From NCBI GenBank assembly GCA_963695545.1, contig OY968796.1, positions 320,001-384,000 on the forward strand: a DNA stretch of 64,000 nucleotides, given 5' to 3'. The notes below the pieces were generated by a model that was given only the letters and a program-made list of their open reading frames with translations, had not been told where the DNA came from and did no database searches. Source of the stretch: Terriglobia bacterium (GTDB taxonomy: Bacteria; Acidobacteriota; Terriglobia; Acidiferrales; UBA7541). This document shows, piece after piece, positions 9,520 through 19,936 of the stretch. Position numbers and translations under genes: made by a program. Position 1 is the stretch's first letter. Each line of letters opens with the position of its first letter.

Positions 9520-12500
9520 CTAGGCGGCGTTGGCCGCGGCGGCGACGCTCTGCTCGGCAGGCTCGTCCCAGCGAACGGAAACCAATTTCGAGACGCCGGG
9601 CTCTTGCATGGTGACACCGTAGAGAACCGAGGCCATTTCCATGGTGCGCCGATTGTGCGTGACCACGATGAACTGCGTGCCGTCGCCCATTTCGCGGATC
9701 ATTTGCGTGAAGCGGCCGACGTTGGCTTCGTCAAGCGGCGCGTCCACTTCATCCAGGATGCAGAAGGGGCTGGGCTGATAGCGGAAGACGGCGATCAGCA
9801 GCGCGAGAGCGGTGAGCGCTTTTTCGCCGCCGGAAAGCAGCAGAACATTTTGCAAGCGCTTGCCCGGCGGTTGCGCGGCGATGTCGATACCGGGTTCGCC
9901 GGAGCTATCGGGTTCGGAAAGACGCATCTCGCCGTGGCCGCCGCCGAACATGGTGCGAAACGCGGTGGCGAAATGGGCGTTGATCGCGTGGAAGGCTTGC
10001 TCGAATTTTTCGCGGCAGACCTGGTCGAGTTCGGTGATGGCCTGCTGCGTATCGGTGATGGATTGCAAAAGGTCGTCGCGCTCGCGGGACAGGAACGTGA
10101 AGCGGCCCTCGCATTCGTTGAATTCTTCAAGCGCCATCATATTGATGGGGCCCATGGATTCGATGCGCGTCTTGAGATCGTGATACTGCGCGTCGGCGGC
10201 GCGAAGTTCTTCGCCGGTTAGAAGTGCCGTTTCCGCGGCGATCAAGTCTTCCGGTTGCGCGTTCAATTCTTCAAGGCAGGCCTGGCGCAGATGCTCGCGC
10301 TCGGAATCGTTGCGCGCGCGGTCGATTTCGTGGCGGCTGCGCTCTTCGCGCAGATCACCGAGAGTTTGGCGAGCCATGCGCAGCGCATCGTCGACTTCGA
10401 CGCCGCGCGTGCGCGCGGATTCCCATTCGCGCTCGAGCTCGATTTTGCGCTCGTCGAGGCGCGCCTTCTCACGACGCAGGGATTCGGCTTTCTCCTGCTG
10501 CTCGCGCGTCTGCGCATCGATTTGCTCGCGCTCGGCCGCGACTTCTTCGGCCTGGTGATCGAGCGCGGCGAACCGCGCGGACAATTCCTCTTGCTCCTCG
10601 GCCAAGCGAGCGGCCTCGGCTGCGGCGTGCGCGCGGCGCTCCTGCAATTGCGCGAGCGCGGCGCGGCGGCCGGACAATTCCTGCTGTGCGGTGACCGAAC
10701 GTTGACGCAGATCGGAAATGCGCGCGGCGGTTTCGGCGATTTCCCGTTCGGCAGCATCGCGCGCGGCGCTGGCTTCGGTGCGTCCGGCCGCGGCGGTTTC
10801 GACGCGCCGCCGCGCGGCGCCGGCGTGGGCGCGCAGGCGGCCCAGCTCATTCTGGCAATCCGTCAATTCCATTCCCAAGCGCGCGAGTTCGCCGTGCTGT
10901 TGTTCGCGCAAGTGCGTGGCGCCGACGACGGCTTTTTCGGCGTCCATTTGATCTGCGGAAATGCGATCGAGAGTTTCGGCCGCGGTGTGAAGTTCGCCTT
11001 CGAGGTGAGCGAGCGCGGCTTGCGCTTCGCTCGCCTCGCGTTCAAGGCGCAGCACTTCGGCGTCCAGCTCGCGGAGTTCGCGCTTCATGACGAGTGGGCC
11101 GGCTTCGGTGGGACGCCCGCCGCTGACCATGCGGCCTTGGTAGCAGGTGCCGTCGATGGTGACGAAATGATGCGCGGGATTTTGCCGAGCCAATGTCTCG
11201 GCGGCGGCAGCGGTTTCGACCAAGTACGCGGAACCGAGGCGCGGCAAAAACTGCTTGGCCAATGGGCCAAGCGGATCGCGGAACTCGACGAGCTGATCCA
11301 GGCGCGCGACGACTTCGGAGCCGGCTTCAAAGGGCATCGGCGGCACGGCGCCGGGAGAAAGATTCAGAGTGCGCAGCGAATCGACGAAGAACGTGGCGCG
11401 GCCGCCGACCTCGGCCTGCAGCATGGCGATGCCGGCGCGAGCGACGTCGAAAGTGTCAACGACGACGTATTCGAGCTCGTCGCGCAGGAACTGTTCGACG
11501 GCGGTTTCGTAGCGCTCCTGAACTTCGACGTAATCGGCGAGAACGCCGACGGCGCGGAATCCGCGCTCGGACGCCGAACCGTTCGCGGCGAAAAGTTTCT
11601 GCACGGCTTCAGCGGTGTACGAGCGATCGTTCAAAATCTGGGAAAGCGTGGCGCGGCGCGCGCGTCCGCCGGCCAACTCGCTGCGGGCGCTATCGGAATG
11701 CGCCACGCTCGATTGCTGCTGGCGGCGCAAATCGCCGATGCGCGCCTGGGCGTCGCGGACGGCTTGATCGAGATGACGAGCGCGGTCGGATGCGGACTTC
11801 CAATTCAGATCGGCGGCTTCGGCGCGCTCGCGGTTAATTAAAGATTCTTCGAGCAAGCGTTGTTCGACCATTTCGGAATGAGCGACGGCTTCGGTTTGGT
11901 GCGCCAAATCCTGTTCGGCCTGCGCGTGTTCGCCGTGCAAACGCGCGAGATCCTGAGCGAGGCGCTCGGAAAGTTCGCGCAATTCGGCGATGCGCGTTTC
12001 GCTGGAAGCGGCGGCGCCATCGAGGCCGGTTCCCTCTTCGGCCAACTGAGCGATGGCGGCTTCAAGGCGTGCGGTTTCGTCGGAAACCGCGGCAAACGAT
12101 TCCTGCTGCTCACGCACGCGGACTTCGAGCTGCGCGGTTTGCGCGGCGAGCTGATCGGTTTCCTGGCGCAATTGGCGAATTCGCGCGTCGAGCTCTTCAG
12201 AGCGCTGGTGATTGAATGTGATGCGATTTTCGCTGCGGTCAAGCTCGAGGCCGGCTTGCCCGGCGAGATTCTGATTCTGGCGCAATTCGTCGTCGAGCTC
12301 GAAAACGCGGCGAGACAATCGTTCCTGTTCGGCTTCGAGCTGCGCGGTGGAGGTTGAAAAGTGCGATTCGCGGCCGGCGATTTCGGCGAGAGCGCGCTCG
12401 AGACGCGCGGCCTCAGAATCAAGCTCACGCGCTTTGCTGCCCAACACTTGCCGCAACATGCCGCGCATCTGCTCGCGCATTTCGGAATAGCGCCGCGCGC

Positions 12501-13419
12501 GCGAGGCCTGGCGCTTGAGCGAGCCGAGCTGTTTTTCGACTTCGACCAGAATGTCGTTCACGCGCGAGAGATTCAGTTTCGAGGCTTCGAGTTTCGCTTC
12601 GGAGAGCCGGCGCTTGGTTTTGAATTTCGTGATTCCGGCGGCTTCTTCGATGATGGCGCGACGGTCGGAAGGCTTGGTGCTGAGAATTTGACCGATGCGG
12701 CCCTGCTCGATGATGGCGTAAGAATCTGGGCCAAGGCCGATGCCCATGAACAATTCTTGAACATCGCGCAGGCGCACGATGCGGCCATTTAGAAGATATT
12801 CGCTTTGGCCGGAGCGATAGAGGCGGCGGCCGATCACTACTTCGCCGATTTTCATTTGCGAGGCGGCTTGTGCGGCGGCTTCTTCGCTGGCGCGTTTCTT
12901 GCGGCGGAACTTCGAGAGGCGCGCGTCGGGCTCGTCCGCAACCGGAGCGTCAGCGGCCTCGGGACCGATTACGGTGAGGTCGTCGCTCGCAAGCGACGCG
13001 TCGTCGGGTGCAATCATCGCGTCGGCTGCGTCCGGGGCGACAACTTCGATTTCGGCGGGCCCCTCGTTCAGCGCTCCGACGGCAGGCGCTCCGCCGGATT
13101 GCGGGCTATCGGGCGTGCCGTCGAGAACTTTACGCGCGGCTTCGGCGAGTTCCGGGTCCACCAGCGTCAGAGTGACCTCGGCGAGGCCCATCGGCGGGCG
13201 CTTGGCGGTGCCATTGAAAATGCAATCGGACATGCGCTCGGCGCGGAGCGATTTGTGGCTTTGCTCGCCGAGCACCCAGGAGACGGCGTCGACGATGTTC
13301 GATTTCCCGCAGCCGTTGGGGCCGATGATGCAGGTGAGGCCGGTGCCGCTGAACGCGATGTGCGTCCGGTCGGAAAAAGATTTAAAGCCCGCCACTTCGA
13401 CTTTGCGAAGCTTCAGCAA
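9520..13419 (-). CDS. smc: Chromosome segregation protein SMC
   Basis: GPNGCGKSN Walker A, long coiled coils with hinge, LSGGEK signature, LDEVDAPLD Walker B; TTG start. Confidence 0.97.
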   Translation of the reverse strand: MLKLRKVEVAGFKSFSDRTHIAFSGTGLTCIIGPNGCGKSNIVDAVSWVLGEQSHKSLRAERMSDCIFNGTAKRPPMGLAEVTLTLVDPELAEAARKVLDGTPDSPQSGGAPAVGALNEGPAEIEVVAPDAADAMIAPDDASLASDDLTVIGPEAADAPVADEPDARLSKFRRKKRASEEAAAQAASQMKIGEVVIGRRLYRSGQSEYLLNGRIVRLRDVQELFMGIGLGPDSYAIIEQGRIGQILSTKPSDRRAIIEEAAGITKFKTKRRLSEAKLEASKLNLSRVNDILVEVEKQLGSLKRQASRARRYSEMREQMRGMLRQVLGSKARELDSEAARLERALAEIAGRESHFSTSTAQLEAEQERLSRRVFELDDELRQNQNLAGQAGLELDRSENRITFNHQRSEELDARIRQLRQETDQLAAQTAQLEVRVREQQESFAAVSDETARLEAAIAQLAEEGTGLDGAAASSETRIAELRELSERLAQDLARLHGEHAQAEQDLAHQTEAVAHSEMVEQRLLEESLINRERAEAADLNWKSASDRARHLDQAVRDAQARIGDLRRQQQSSVAHSDSARSELAGGRARRATLSQILNDRSYTAEAVQKLFAANGSASERGFRAVGVLADYVEVQERYETAVEQFLRDELEYVVVDTFDVARAGIAMLQAEVGGRATFFVDSLRTLNLSPGAVPPMPFEAGSEVVARLDQLVEFRDPLGPLAKQFLPRLGSAYLVETAAAAETLARQNPAHHFVTIDGTCYQGRMVSGGRPTEAGPLVMKRELRELDAEVLRLEREASEAQAALAHLEGELHTAAETLDRISADQMDAEKAVVGATHLREQQHGELARLGMELTDCQNELGRLRAHAGAARRRVETAAAGRTEASAARDAAEREIAETAARISDLRQRSVTAQQELSGRRAALAQLQERRAHAAAEAARLAEEQEELSARFAALDHQAEEVAAEREQIDAQTREQQEKAESLRREKARLDERKIELEREWESARTRGVEVDDALRMARQTLGDLREERSRHEIDRARNDSEREHLRQACLEELNAQPEDLIAAETALLTGEELRAADAQYHDLKTRIESMGPINMMALEEFNECEGRFTFLSRERDDLLQSITDTQQAITELDQVCREKFEQAFHAINAHFATAFRTMFGGGHGEMRLSEPDSSGEPGIDIAAQPPGKRLQNVLLLSGGEKALTALALLIAVFRYQPSPFCILDEVDAPLDEANVGRFTQMIREMGDGTQFIVVTHNRRTMEMASVLYGVTMQEPGVSKLVSVRWDEPAEQSVAAAANAA

Positions 13420-13689
13420 GTCCTTACCTCGTTTGCGGCCTCATCATGGTCATTCATGCCGCCCGCGCGTGCCGGGGCGAACAAATGGCGTGACGAGTGC
13501 CGTTTCCTCGGGAGAGTCGTACCTGCGACAAAACGAGTAGGGTGGGTCGCTGACAGTGGCCCAGCCGCCTGGCGCGTGGATTGGCGGTTACAAGCGAAAC
13601 ATAACACATCGGGCGCGCTGAGTAAAGATGCGGGGTGTGGATGATGTGCGCAATCAGAGCAAATCTGTTCGTGCGGCGAAGGTAAAAAC

Positions 13690-14787
13690 TCAAACCGAGG
13701 GGCGGACGCCCTGGCTGGCGGAGGCTACGGCGTCGCGCGTGGAGTTCTTAACGGAATACATGGCCTCGTCGGCGAGATGCAAGAGCTCGACTTTGGATTT
13801 GGCGTCGGCGGGATATGACGCGACGCCGATGCTGGCGGTTATGCGGATGCTCAAACCCTCGCCGGCAAGCCAAACGTGCTCGCGGAGCAGCGTGTGCAAG
13901 CGGTGAGCCGTGGCGACGGCGCTTTCCTTTGAGGCTTGCGGCAAAACGATCACGAATTCATCTCCGCCGTAGCGGAATGCGAAATCGATCAGGCGGCAAT
14001 TCGAGCGCAGGAACTGGCCGATCTCGGCCAGCAGCGTCGAGCCGATCAGGTGGCCGTGCGTATCGTTGACGCTCTTGAAGTGATCGAGGTCGATGAAGAT
14101 AAGCGAGAATTCGTAGCCATAGCGCTGCGAGCGGTAGACTTCCGTTTCCAGGATGAAGTTCATGTGGCGCGCGTTGTAGAGCGCCGTGCAATCGTCGGTG
14201 ATGGTCAGCTCGTGAATGCGCTTGACGGTGCGCGCGTTTTCGAGAGCGATCGCGGCGAAATCCGCCAGCGCCTCGAGCAGAGCCAAATCGCGATCGTGAA
14301 AGCCATCGGCGCCAACGCAATTGATCAGCTCAATCACGCCGAGGCAGTGATCGCGATAGCGCACGGGCACGGCCACGATCGAGTGCGTTTCCATCTTGGT
14401 CTTCTCGTCGACTTGCGCGAAAAAGCGCGTGTCGCGGCTGACGTCAGGCACGATCACGGCCTTTTCGTTCTCGGCGACCCAGCCTGCGATACCCTGGCCC
14501 ATCTTGATGCGTACGTCTTTCAAAATTTGCGCGTTCTTGCCGACCGCGAGCTCAAAATAAAGTTCGCGCTTTTCGTCGTCCACCAGCAGCAACGACCAGG
14601 TGTCCGGACGCAAAAATTCGTCGATCTTTTCCATGATCGTGCGCAGCACCTGATCGAGCTGCAGCGACGAAGTGAGCGCCTTGCCCAGCTCATGGAAAAC
14701 GGCGACCTCTCCAGCTTCGCGCTGGTCAGGCGTGCCGGAAGGATTGCGGCGGCGGTCGGCGCCGCTGAATTGTTTCGTCTCGGTCAC
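13690..14787 (-). CDS. GAF-domain diguanylate cyclase
   Basis: GAF domain followed by DLDHFKSVNDTHGH, RLID I-site and intact RYGGDEF. Start uncertain (14787 GTG; the ORF extends to 14850). Confidence 0.92.
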   Translation of the reverse strand: MTETKQFSGADRRRNPSGTPDQREAGEVAVFHELGKALTSSLQLDQVLRTIMEKIDEFLRPDTWSLLLVDDEKRELYFELAVGKNAQILKDVRIKMGQGIAGWVAENEKAVIVPDVSRDTRFFAQVDEKTKMETHSIVAVPVRYRDHCLGVIELINCVGADGFHDRDLALLEALADFAAIALENARTVKRIHELTITDDCTALYNARHMNFILETEVYRSQRYGYEFSLIFIDLDHFKSVNDTHGHLIGSTLLAEIGQFLRSNCRLIDFAFRYGGDEFVIVLPQASKESAVATAHRLHTLLREHVWLAGEGLSIRITASIGVASYPADAKSKVELLHLADEAMYSVKNSTRDAVASASQGVRPSV

Positions 14788-15018
14788 AAAAAGGCCTAAG
14801 TTCCTGCGCGGACCTGGACTGCCCGCGCGACAGGTTGCAAGCAATTTCAATTATAGACGCCGAGTTTTTCCCGGCGCAACGCAGACTTCTGGCCGCGTTT
14901 CACAATCGGCAGCATGCCTCCGGGCCAACTGGCGCGATGTGCCGGATCGACACAGCGCCTGCGATTGACACTCTTTCGCCGCGCGCCTATAGTGACTTCG
15001 AGAAATTTTTCTTCTTCG

Positions 15019-16065
15019 ATGGACCAACCGCGAACGCAAGAAGGCAACCAATCGACCGCAAAGGACGGCTTCGGCGTCCACCTGCGCAGGGAGCGGGAGA
15101 TGCGCGGCGTGACGCTCGAGGAAATTTCCTCGGCCACGCGCATTGGCACGCGCTTCCTGGATGCGCTCGAGACCGAACACTGGGATCGGCTGCCCGGCGG
15201 CGTCTTCAATCGCGGATTTGTGCGCACCACGGCGCAATTTCTGGGCTTGGATCCGGAAGCGATGCTGGCCGAGTACACCTTGGCAACCACAGATTCCGCG
15301 CGTCCGACCCCGCCCGTATTCATCCATTCGCAAAGTTCGTGGACGCCGAGGATGGCACCTGCTCAAAGCGATCGCCGATGGATGCCGCTTGCGGCGCTGC
15401 TTGCGATTGTTGCAATCGCGGCTGGCGGCTGGTTTACGTGGAGACATATGCGCCGCGCTCGCGCCGACGCCGCTGTGCTCGCGGCCGCATCTGGCGCTGC
15501 GGCCACGAACGACGTGCCACCCGCGGTCGAAACGAGTGCGCCGGCCGCCGCGCCGACGACGACCGACGCTCCGGACGCGACATCTCCAACGGCGTTAGCT
15601 CCGACGCCGCAACCCGCGACGGATTCTTCGGCGGCGGCCAATAGCGCGCCTTCGACCACGGCTTCGGCTCCGACGTCGGACAGCGCGAGCGATTCAGCGG
15701 CTACTTCCTCGACGGACGCAGCGACTCCGGCCGCGGCCGCCGCACCCGTTGCGACGCCAGCAACGGCACCGGCATCCGCGCCCGCATCTACCTCCGGGCC
15801 GCTCACGTTGAAAATCGAAGTCGGACGCGCGACCACCGTGAGCGTCAGCGTGGATGGCCACAAATCTTTTCGCGGCAAGATTCCCTCGGGCGGCAGCCGC
15901 ACGTTCCAGGCGAACCAAGTGTTTTTCGTGATGGCGCGCGACGCGGGCGGAGTGCTGCTCGAGCTCAACGGGCAAACGCTGCCGCCTCTCGGACCGCCGG
16001 GCCACTCAGCAAGCATTCGGCTCACTCGCGAATCGCTCAAAACACAGGACGGTACGAACCATTAG
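15019..16065 (+). CDS. rodZ: RodZ-like protein (HTH_25, TM helix, Ala/Pro/Thr linker, DUF4115-like C-terminus)
   Basis: FGVHLRREREMRGVTLEEIS...LPGGVFNRGFVR, single TM helix, low-complexity linker, LELNGQ C-terminal domain. Confidence 0.8.
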   Translation: MDQPRTQEGNQSTAKDGFGVHLRREREMRGVTLEEISSATRIGTRFLDALETEHWDRLPGGVFNRGFVRTTAQFLGLDPEAMLAEYTLATTDSARPTPPVFIHSQSSWTPRMAPAQSDRRWMPLAALLAIVAIAAGGWFTWRHMRRARADAAVLAAASGAAATNDVPPAVETSAPAAAPTTTDAPDATSPTALAPTPQPATDSSAAANSAPSTTASAPTSDSASDSAATSSTDAATPAAAAAPVATPATAPASAPASTSGPLTLKIEVGRATTVSVSVDGHKSFRGKIPSGGSRTFQANQVFFVMARDAGGVLLELNGQTLPPLGPPGHSASIRLTRESLKTQDGTNH

Positions 16066-17035
16066 CACCAGCGCCGTAAGCCAAGAAATCCGCTCAGGCA
16101 CGGCGACGCAGGCGACCAAGCTCGGCGTTTGCGCGGGAACCGTGTTGCTGGCGACGGCGGAGCGAGGCGAGGCGCTCGCCATCCTTGCAAGCGACGCCGA
16201 CGCGGCGGTCCGGGAATCGGCGGCCAAGGCGCTCACAACTTTCCCGGTCGATTCCATGCTCGCGGCGCTGGCGCTTCCGGATGCGTCACCGAAATTGTTT
16301 GCGTTCTGCGCAGCCCACTGGGGCGAGCGGCCGCGCGTGGCCGACGCGATGGCCAAGAATCCAGCGTGTCCGTTTGAAGTGTTGCGTCCAGTGGCGCGCC
16401 ATCTTTCTACCGCCGCCGTACAACTGCTTCTCGACAATCTCGATCCGCTGAGCACGGCGCCGGGGCTGATGACCGCACTTGTGCAGTCGTCTTCGTTGAC
16501 AGCGGAGCAGCGCTCGGAGCTGCAAGATTTGCTCAAGGAGTCGCCGGAAGCGGAATCAACGTTTGTCGAAGCCGCGGCGGAGGCCGTGCCGGACCCCGTG
16601 AAACGCATCACGCTTTTGCAGCGCCTGGCGAGGATGCGCGTGGTCGAGCGCGTGCAACTGGCGCTGAAGGGCGGCCGCGAGGAGCGCATTCTGCTGATCA
16701 AAGATCCATGCAAGGTTGTGCAGCGCGCCGTGCTGCAATCGCCGCGCATCACGGACCAAGAAGTGGAATCCTTCGCCGCGATGACCATCTTGAGCGAAGA
16801 GGTGCTGCGCATGATCGCCACGAATCGCGTGCACCGCAAAAACTACAACGTCATTCACAGCATCCTGTTCAATCCCAAGGCGCCGCTCGACGTCACGCTG
16901 CACATGTTGGCCAGCGCCAATCCCATCGACCTCAAGCAACTCGCAAAAAGCCGCAACGTCCCGGAAACGCTGCGCACGTCAGCCGCGCGTCTGCAGATCC
17001 AGCGCAACCAGGCAAAGATGGCGAAGGACGATTAG
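16061..17035 (+). CDS. Conserved hypothetical helical-repeat (HEAT/LRV-like) protein
   Basis: ORF-track start is 16142, but the frame is open to an ATT at 16061 that overlaps the rodZ stop. ERILLIKDPCKVV..AVLQSPRIT and NPKAP repeats. Confidence 0.75.
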   Translation: MSTSAVSQEIRSGTATQATKLGVCAGTVLLATAERGEALAILASDADAAVRESAAKALTTFPVDSMLAALALPDASPKLFAFCAAHWGERPRVADAMAKNPACPFEVLRPVARHLSTAAVQLLLDNLDPLSTAPGLMTALVQSSSLTAEQRSELQDLLKESPEAESTFVEAAAEAVPDPVKRITLLQRLARMRVVERVQLALKGGREERILLIKDPCKVVQRAVLQSPRITDQEVESFAAMTILSEEVLRMIATNRVHRKNYNVIHSILFNPKAPLDVTLHMLASANPIDLKQLAKSRNVPETLRTSAARLQIQRNQAKMAKDD

Positions 17036-17102
17036 GCGCTCCGACGATTCCCGCGTGATTGATTGAGTGACTTGAAGATGGAGCGCAGCGGAGGTCGGAA
17101 GA

Positions 17103-18620
17103 TTAATTCTGGGCGCCATTCGGAGGCGCGGCGAGCGATTTCTGTACGCGCTCTCCCCAGACTTTCGCGGCGGCGATGATCGCGGCCTGATCGAGCGTGA
17201 GCACGCGGCGATCTTGCATCACGATGCGCCCGCCGATAACCACGGTGCGGACGTCGCTGGCGGTAAGCGAATATACGATTTGACCGTACAACTCGTAGAG
17301 CGGCACGGCATGCGGGGCGTCGAGATCAAGCACGATCAGATCGGCCTTTTTGCCGGGCTCGAGCGAGCCGATTTCGGCGTCCATGTGAATCGCGCGTGCA
17401 CCGTCGATGGTGGCCATCTCCACCGCTTGCTCGGCCGAGAGCGCACGCGGATCCATGTGCGAAACCTTCTGAAGTTTCGCGGCCAGATCCATCTCGCGCA
17501 TCAAATCCATGTCGTTGTTGCTTCCGGCCGGTCCGTCAGTGCCCAGCCCCACCGCCACGCCGCCCGCCATCAGCGCGCCCACGGGCATCACGCCGCTCGC
17601 TAGCAACATATTTGAGGAGGGGTTGTTAACGCAGCCGGTGTGGTGCTCGGCGAGCAAAGCGATGTCGGCGGCGTTCACCCAAATGCAATGCGCGGCGATC
17701 ACGTCGGGGCCGAGAAAGCCGATGCGGTCCAGATACGCGACGGGAGTGGCGTGATTCTTCGCCAGACTGTCGTCGAGCTCTTTCTTGGTTTCGGCCACGT
17801 GAATCTCAAGCGGCGCATGGTAACGGCGCGCGAGTTCCGCAGCCGAGCGCAGCGTCTGCTCCGACGTGGTGTAAATCGAATGCGGCGCGACGGCCGCGGT
17901 GATCAGCGGATCGCCCTGCCAATCCTGCAAAAACTTTTCGGTGTAGGCCAGCGCCTGCGGCGTGGTCTTGTTGTCGGGCGCCGGAAAATCGATCAGCGTT
18001 TCGCCCAGGATGGCGCGCATCCCCGCGGCCTTGGTGACGCGCGCGACGGCGTCCTCAAAGTAGTACATGTCCACGTAGGTGGTGATGCCGGCGCGCATCA
18101 TTTCGAGCACGCCGAGGCGCGTGCCATCGGTTACGAAAGGTTCGGTGACGTTGCGGGCTTCGGCGGGGAAAATATAGTTGTTCAACCAATCTTGCAGCGT
18201 GACGTCGTCGGCAAGGCCGCGCAGCAAGGTCATGGCGGCGTGCGCGTGGCCATTGACCAAGCCGGGCATCACCAAGCGACCTTGCGCCGCGATGCGCTCC
18301 GCCGGATCGTAGCGCGCTTCAAGCTCCGCGCGCGGGCCGACGGCCACGATCGTATCGCCGCGCACGGCGACGGCACCGTCATCAAGCACGCGGCGCGACG
18401 CGTCCATGGTGACGACGGTGCCGCCCTCGATCAGCAAACTGATTTTTTCTTTGGGTTTATCCGCCGGCATCGTTTCGGGCTTGTTCGACTGTCCCTGCAC
18501 GGCCCGAGCTCCTGAAATCAGAATCGCGCAAAGGCAAAGCGCGCGCAAGGCTCCGCGGCTCGAGCCGCGCCCCTTCCGCAATGGCCGCAACATGGCGGTT
18601 TTCCAAGCGAACTCAGTCAT
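17103..18620 (-). CDS. Amidohydrolase (MTA/SAH deaminase-like, MtaD family) with signal-peptide-like extension
   Basis: PGLVNGHAH, HVAET, AAHC and GTDG metal-binding motifs; last gene of the nucleoside salvage operon. Confidence 0.88.
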   Translation of the reverse strand: MTEFAWKTAMLRPLRKGRGSSRGALRALCLCAILISGARAVQGQSNKPETMPADKPKEKISLLIEGGTVVTMDASRRVLDDGAVAVRGDTIVAVGPRAELEARYDPAERIAAQGRLVMPGLVNGHAHAAMTLLRGLADDVTLQDWLNNYIFPAEARNVTEPFVTDGTRLGVLEMMRAGITTYVDMYYFEDAVARVTKAAGMRAILGETLIDFPAPDNKTTPQALAYTEKFLQDWQGDPLITAAVAPHSIYTTSEQTLRSAAELARRYHAPLEIHVAETKKELDDSLAKNHATPVAYLDRIGFLGPDVIAAHCIWVNAADIALLAEHHTGCVNNPSSNMLLASGVMPVGALMAGGVAVGLGTDGPAGSNNDMDLMREMDLAAKLQKVSHMDPRALSAEQAVEMATIDGARAIHMDAEIGSLEPGKKADLIVLDLDAPHAVPLYELYGQIVYSLTASDVRTVVIGGRIVMQDRRVLTLDQAAIIAAAKVWGERVQKSLAAPPNGAQN

Positions 18621-18653
18621 AGGTAGCGACCCTGCGGACGTGGAGGGTCGACG

Positions 18654-19070
18654 TTACAAAAACGACGAATCGAACGGTTCGGGAAAAAGCTCCCTCATGC
18701 GGCGAATTTCAACTTTGCCCTTCAAATTCGCAAGCACGATCTCCGCGTCGCCGCAGAACTCCCACAAAATCTGGCGGCAGGCGCCGCACGGAGGCGTAAG
18801 CCGGTCGGTATCCGCGACGACGGCCACGGATTCAAATTTGCGTTCGCCGTCGGACACGGCCTTGAAAATCGCGACGCGCTCCGCGCACAACGTGAGGCCG
18901 TAGGTGGCATTTTCGATGTTGCAGCCGGTGAAGACGCGTCCGGAAGCCGCGCGCACGGCCGCGCCGACGCGAAATTTCGAGAACGGCGCGTGTGCGTTCT
19001 CGCGCGCAGCGCGAGCGGCCGCGATCAGATCGTCGCGCTGAACATCGTGCAGAACCTTCTGTTTGCTCAT
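18654..19070 (-). CDS. cdd: Cytidine deaminase
   Basis: GCNIENA, CAERVA and PCGACRQ motifs; start overlaps the punA stop. Confidence 0.95.
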   Translation of the reverse strand: MSKQKVLHDVQRDDLIAAARAARENAHAPFSKFRVGAAVRAASGRVFTGCNIENATYGLTLCAERVAIFKAVSDGERKFESVAVVADTDRLTPPCGACRQILWEFCGDAEIVLANLKGKVEIRRMRELFPEPFDSSFL

Positions 19071-19936
19071 GCCAGCTCCGCCGCGATGCGCGGAATCACG
19101 GCCAAGAGCAGCGCGATGAATTGGTGTTTCACGCGCTCGCCGGTTTCGATCACTTCTTCCGTGGTGATCGGCTGATCCAATATTCCGGCGGCCATGTTCG
19201 TCACGCACGAAATTCCCAGCACACGAATCCCCAAGTGTGACGCGGCGATCGCTTCCGGCACGGTGGACATCCCGACCAGGTCCGCGCCGAGCGTGCGCAG
19301 CGCGCGAATTTCCGCGGGTGTTTCATAACTTGGGCCGGTCATCGCGGCGTAGACGCCCTCGAAAGTTCCCAGGCCCAGACGCGAGGCCTCTTCAAGCGCG
19401 ATCTTTCGATACGACGGCTCATAGGCCCGCGACATATCCGGAAAGCGCACGCCGAATCGCGGATCGTTCGGCCCGATCAGCGGATTCGTGCCTTGCACGT
19501 TGATGTGATCACGCAGGACCACCAGGCATCCTTGTGAATACTCGCGGCTGATTCCACCGGCGGCATTCGTCAGAATCACCGCGCGCACGCCGAGGCGCGC
19601 CAGCACGCGCATCGGAAAAATCACTTCTTGCTGCGAATAGCCTTCGTAAAAATGCACGCGGCCTTGCATCACAGCCACGGGAATTTTGCCCACTTCGCCA
19701 ATCACCAATCGCCCCGCGTGGCCCACGGCCGTCGAGCGCGGGAAATGCGGAATCTTCGCGTAGTCGATGCGCGTGGCGCGCGCCATGCCATCGGCGAATG
19801 CGCCCAAGCCGCTGCCCAGCACCAGCGCGATGCGCGGCCGCAAGCGCGTTCGCGCGCGGATAAATTTCGCCGCGCGTTCGGCGCGCGCGAAATCGTCGCC
19901 GGACCGCGCCGCGCCGCGTCGCGCCGCCGCGCTCAT
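19067..19936 (-). CDS. punA: Purine nucleoside phosphorylase (trimeric type)
   Basis: VLGSGLG, QGRVHFYEG, TNAAGG, GPSYETPAE and GMSTVPE motifs. Confidence 0.93.
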   Translation of the reverse strand: MSAAARRGAARSGDDFARAERAAKFIRARTRLRPRIALVLGSGLGAFADGMARATRIDYAKIPHFPRSTAVGHAGRLVIGEVGKIPVAVMQGRVHFYEGYSQQEVIFPMRVLARLGVRAVILTNAAGGISREYSQGCLVVLRDHINVQGTNPLIGPNDPRFGVRFPDMSRAYEPSYRKIALEEASRLGLGTFEGVYAAMTGPSYETPAEIRALRTLGADLVGMSTVPEAIAASHLGIRVLGISCVTNMAAGILDQPITTEEVIETGERVKHQFIALLLAVIPRIAAELA

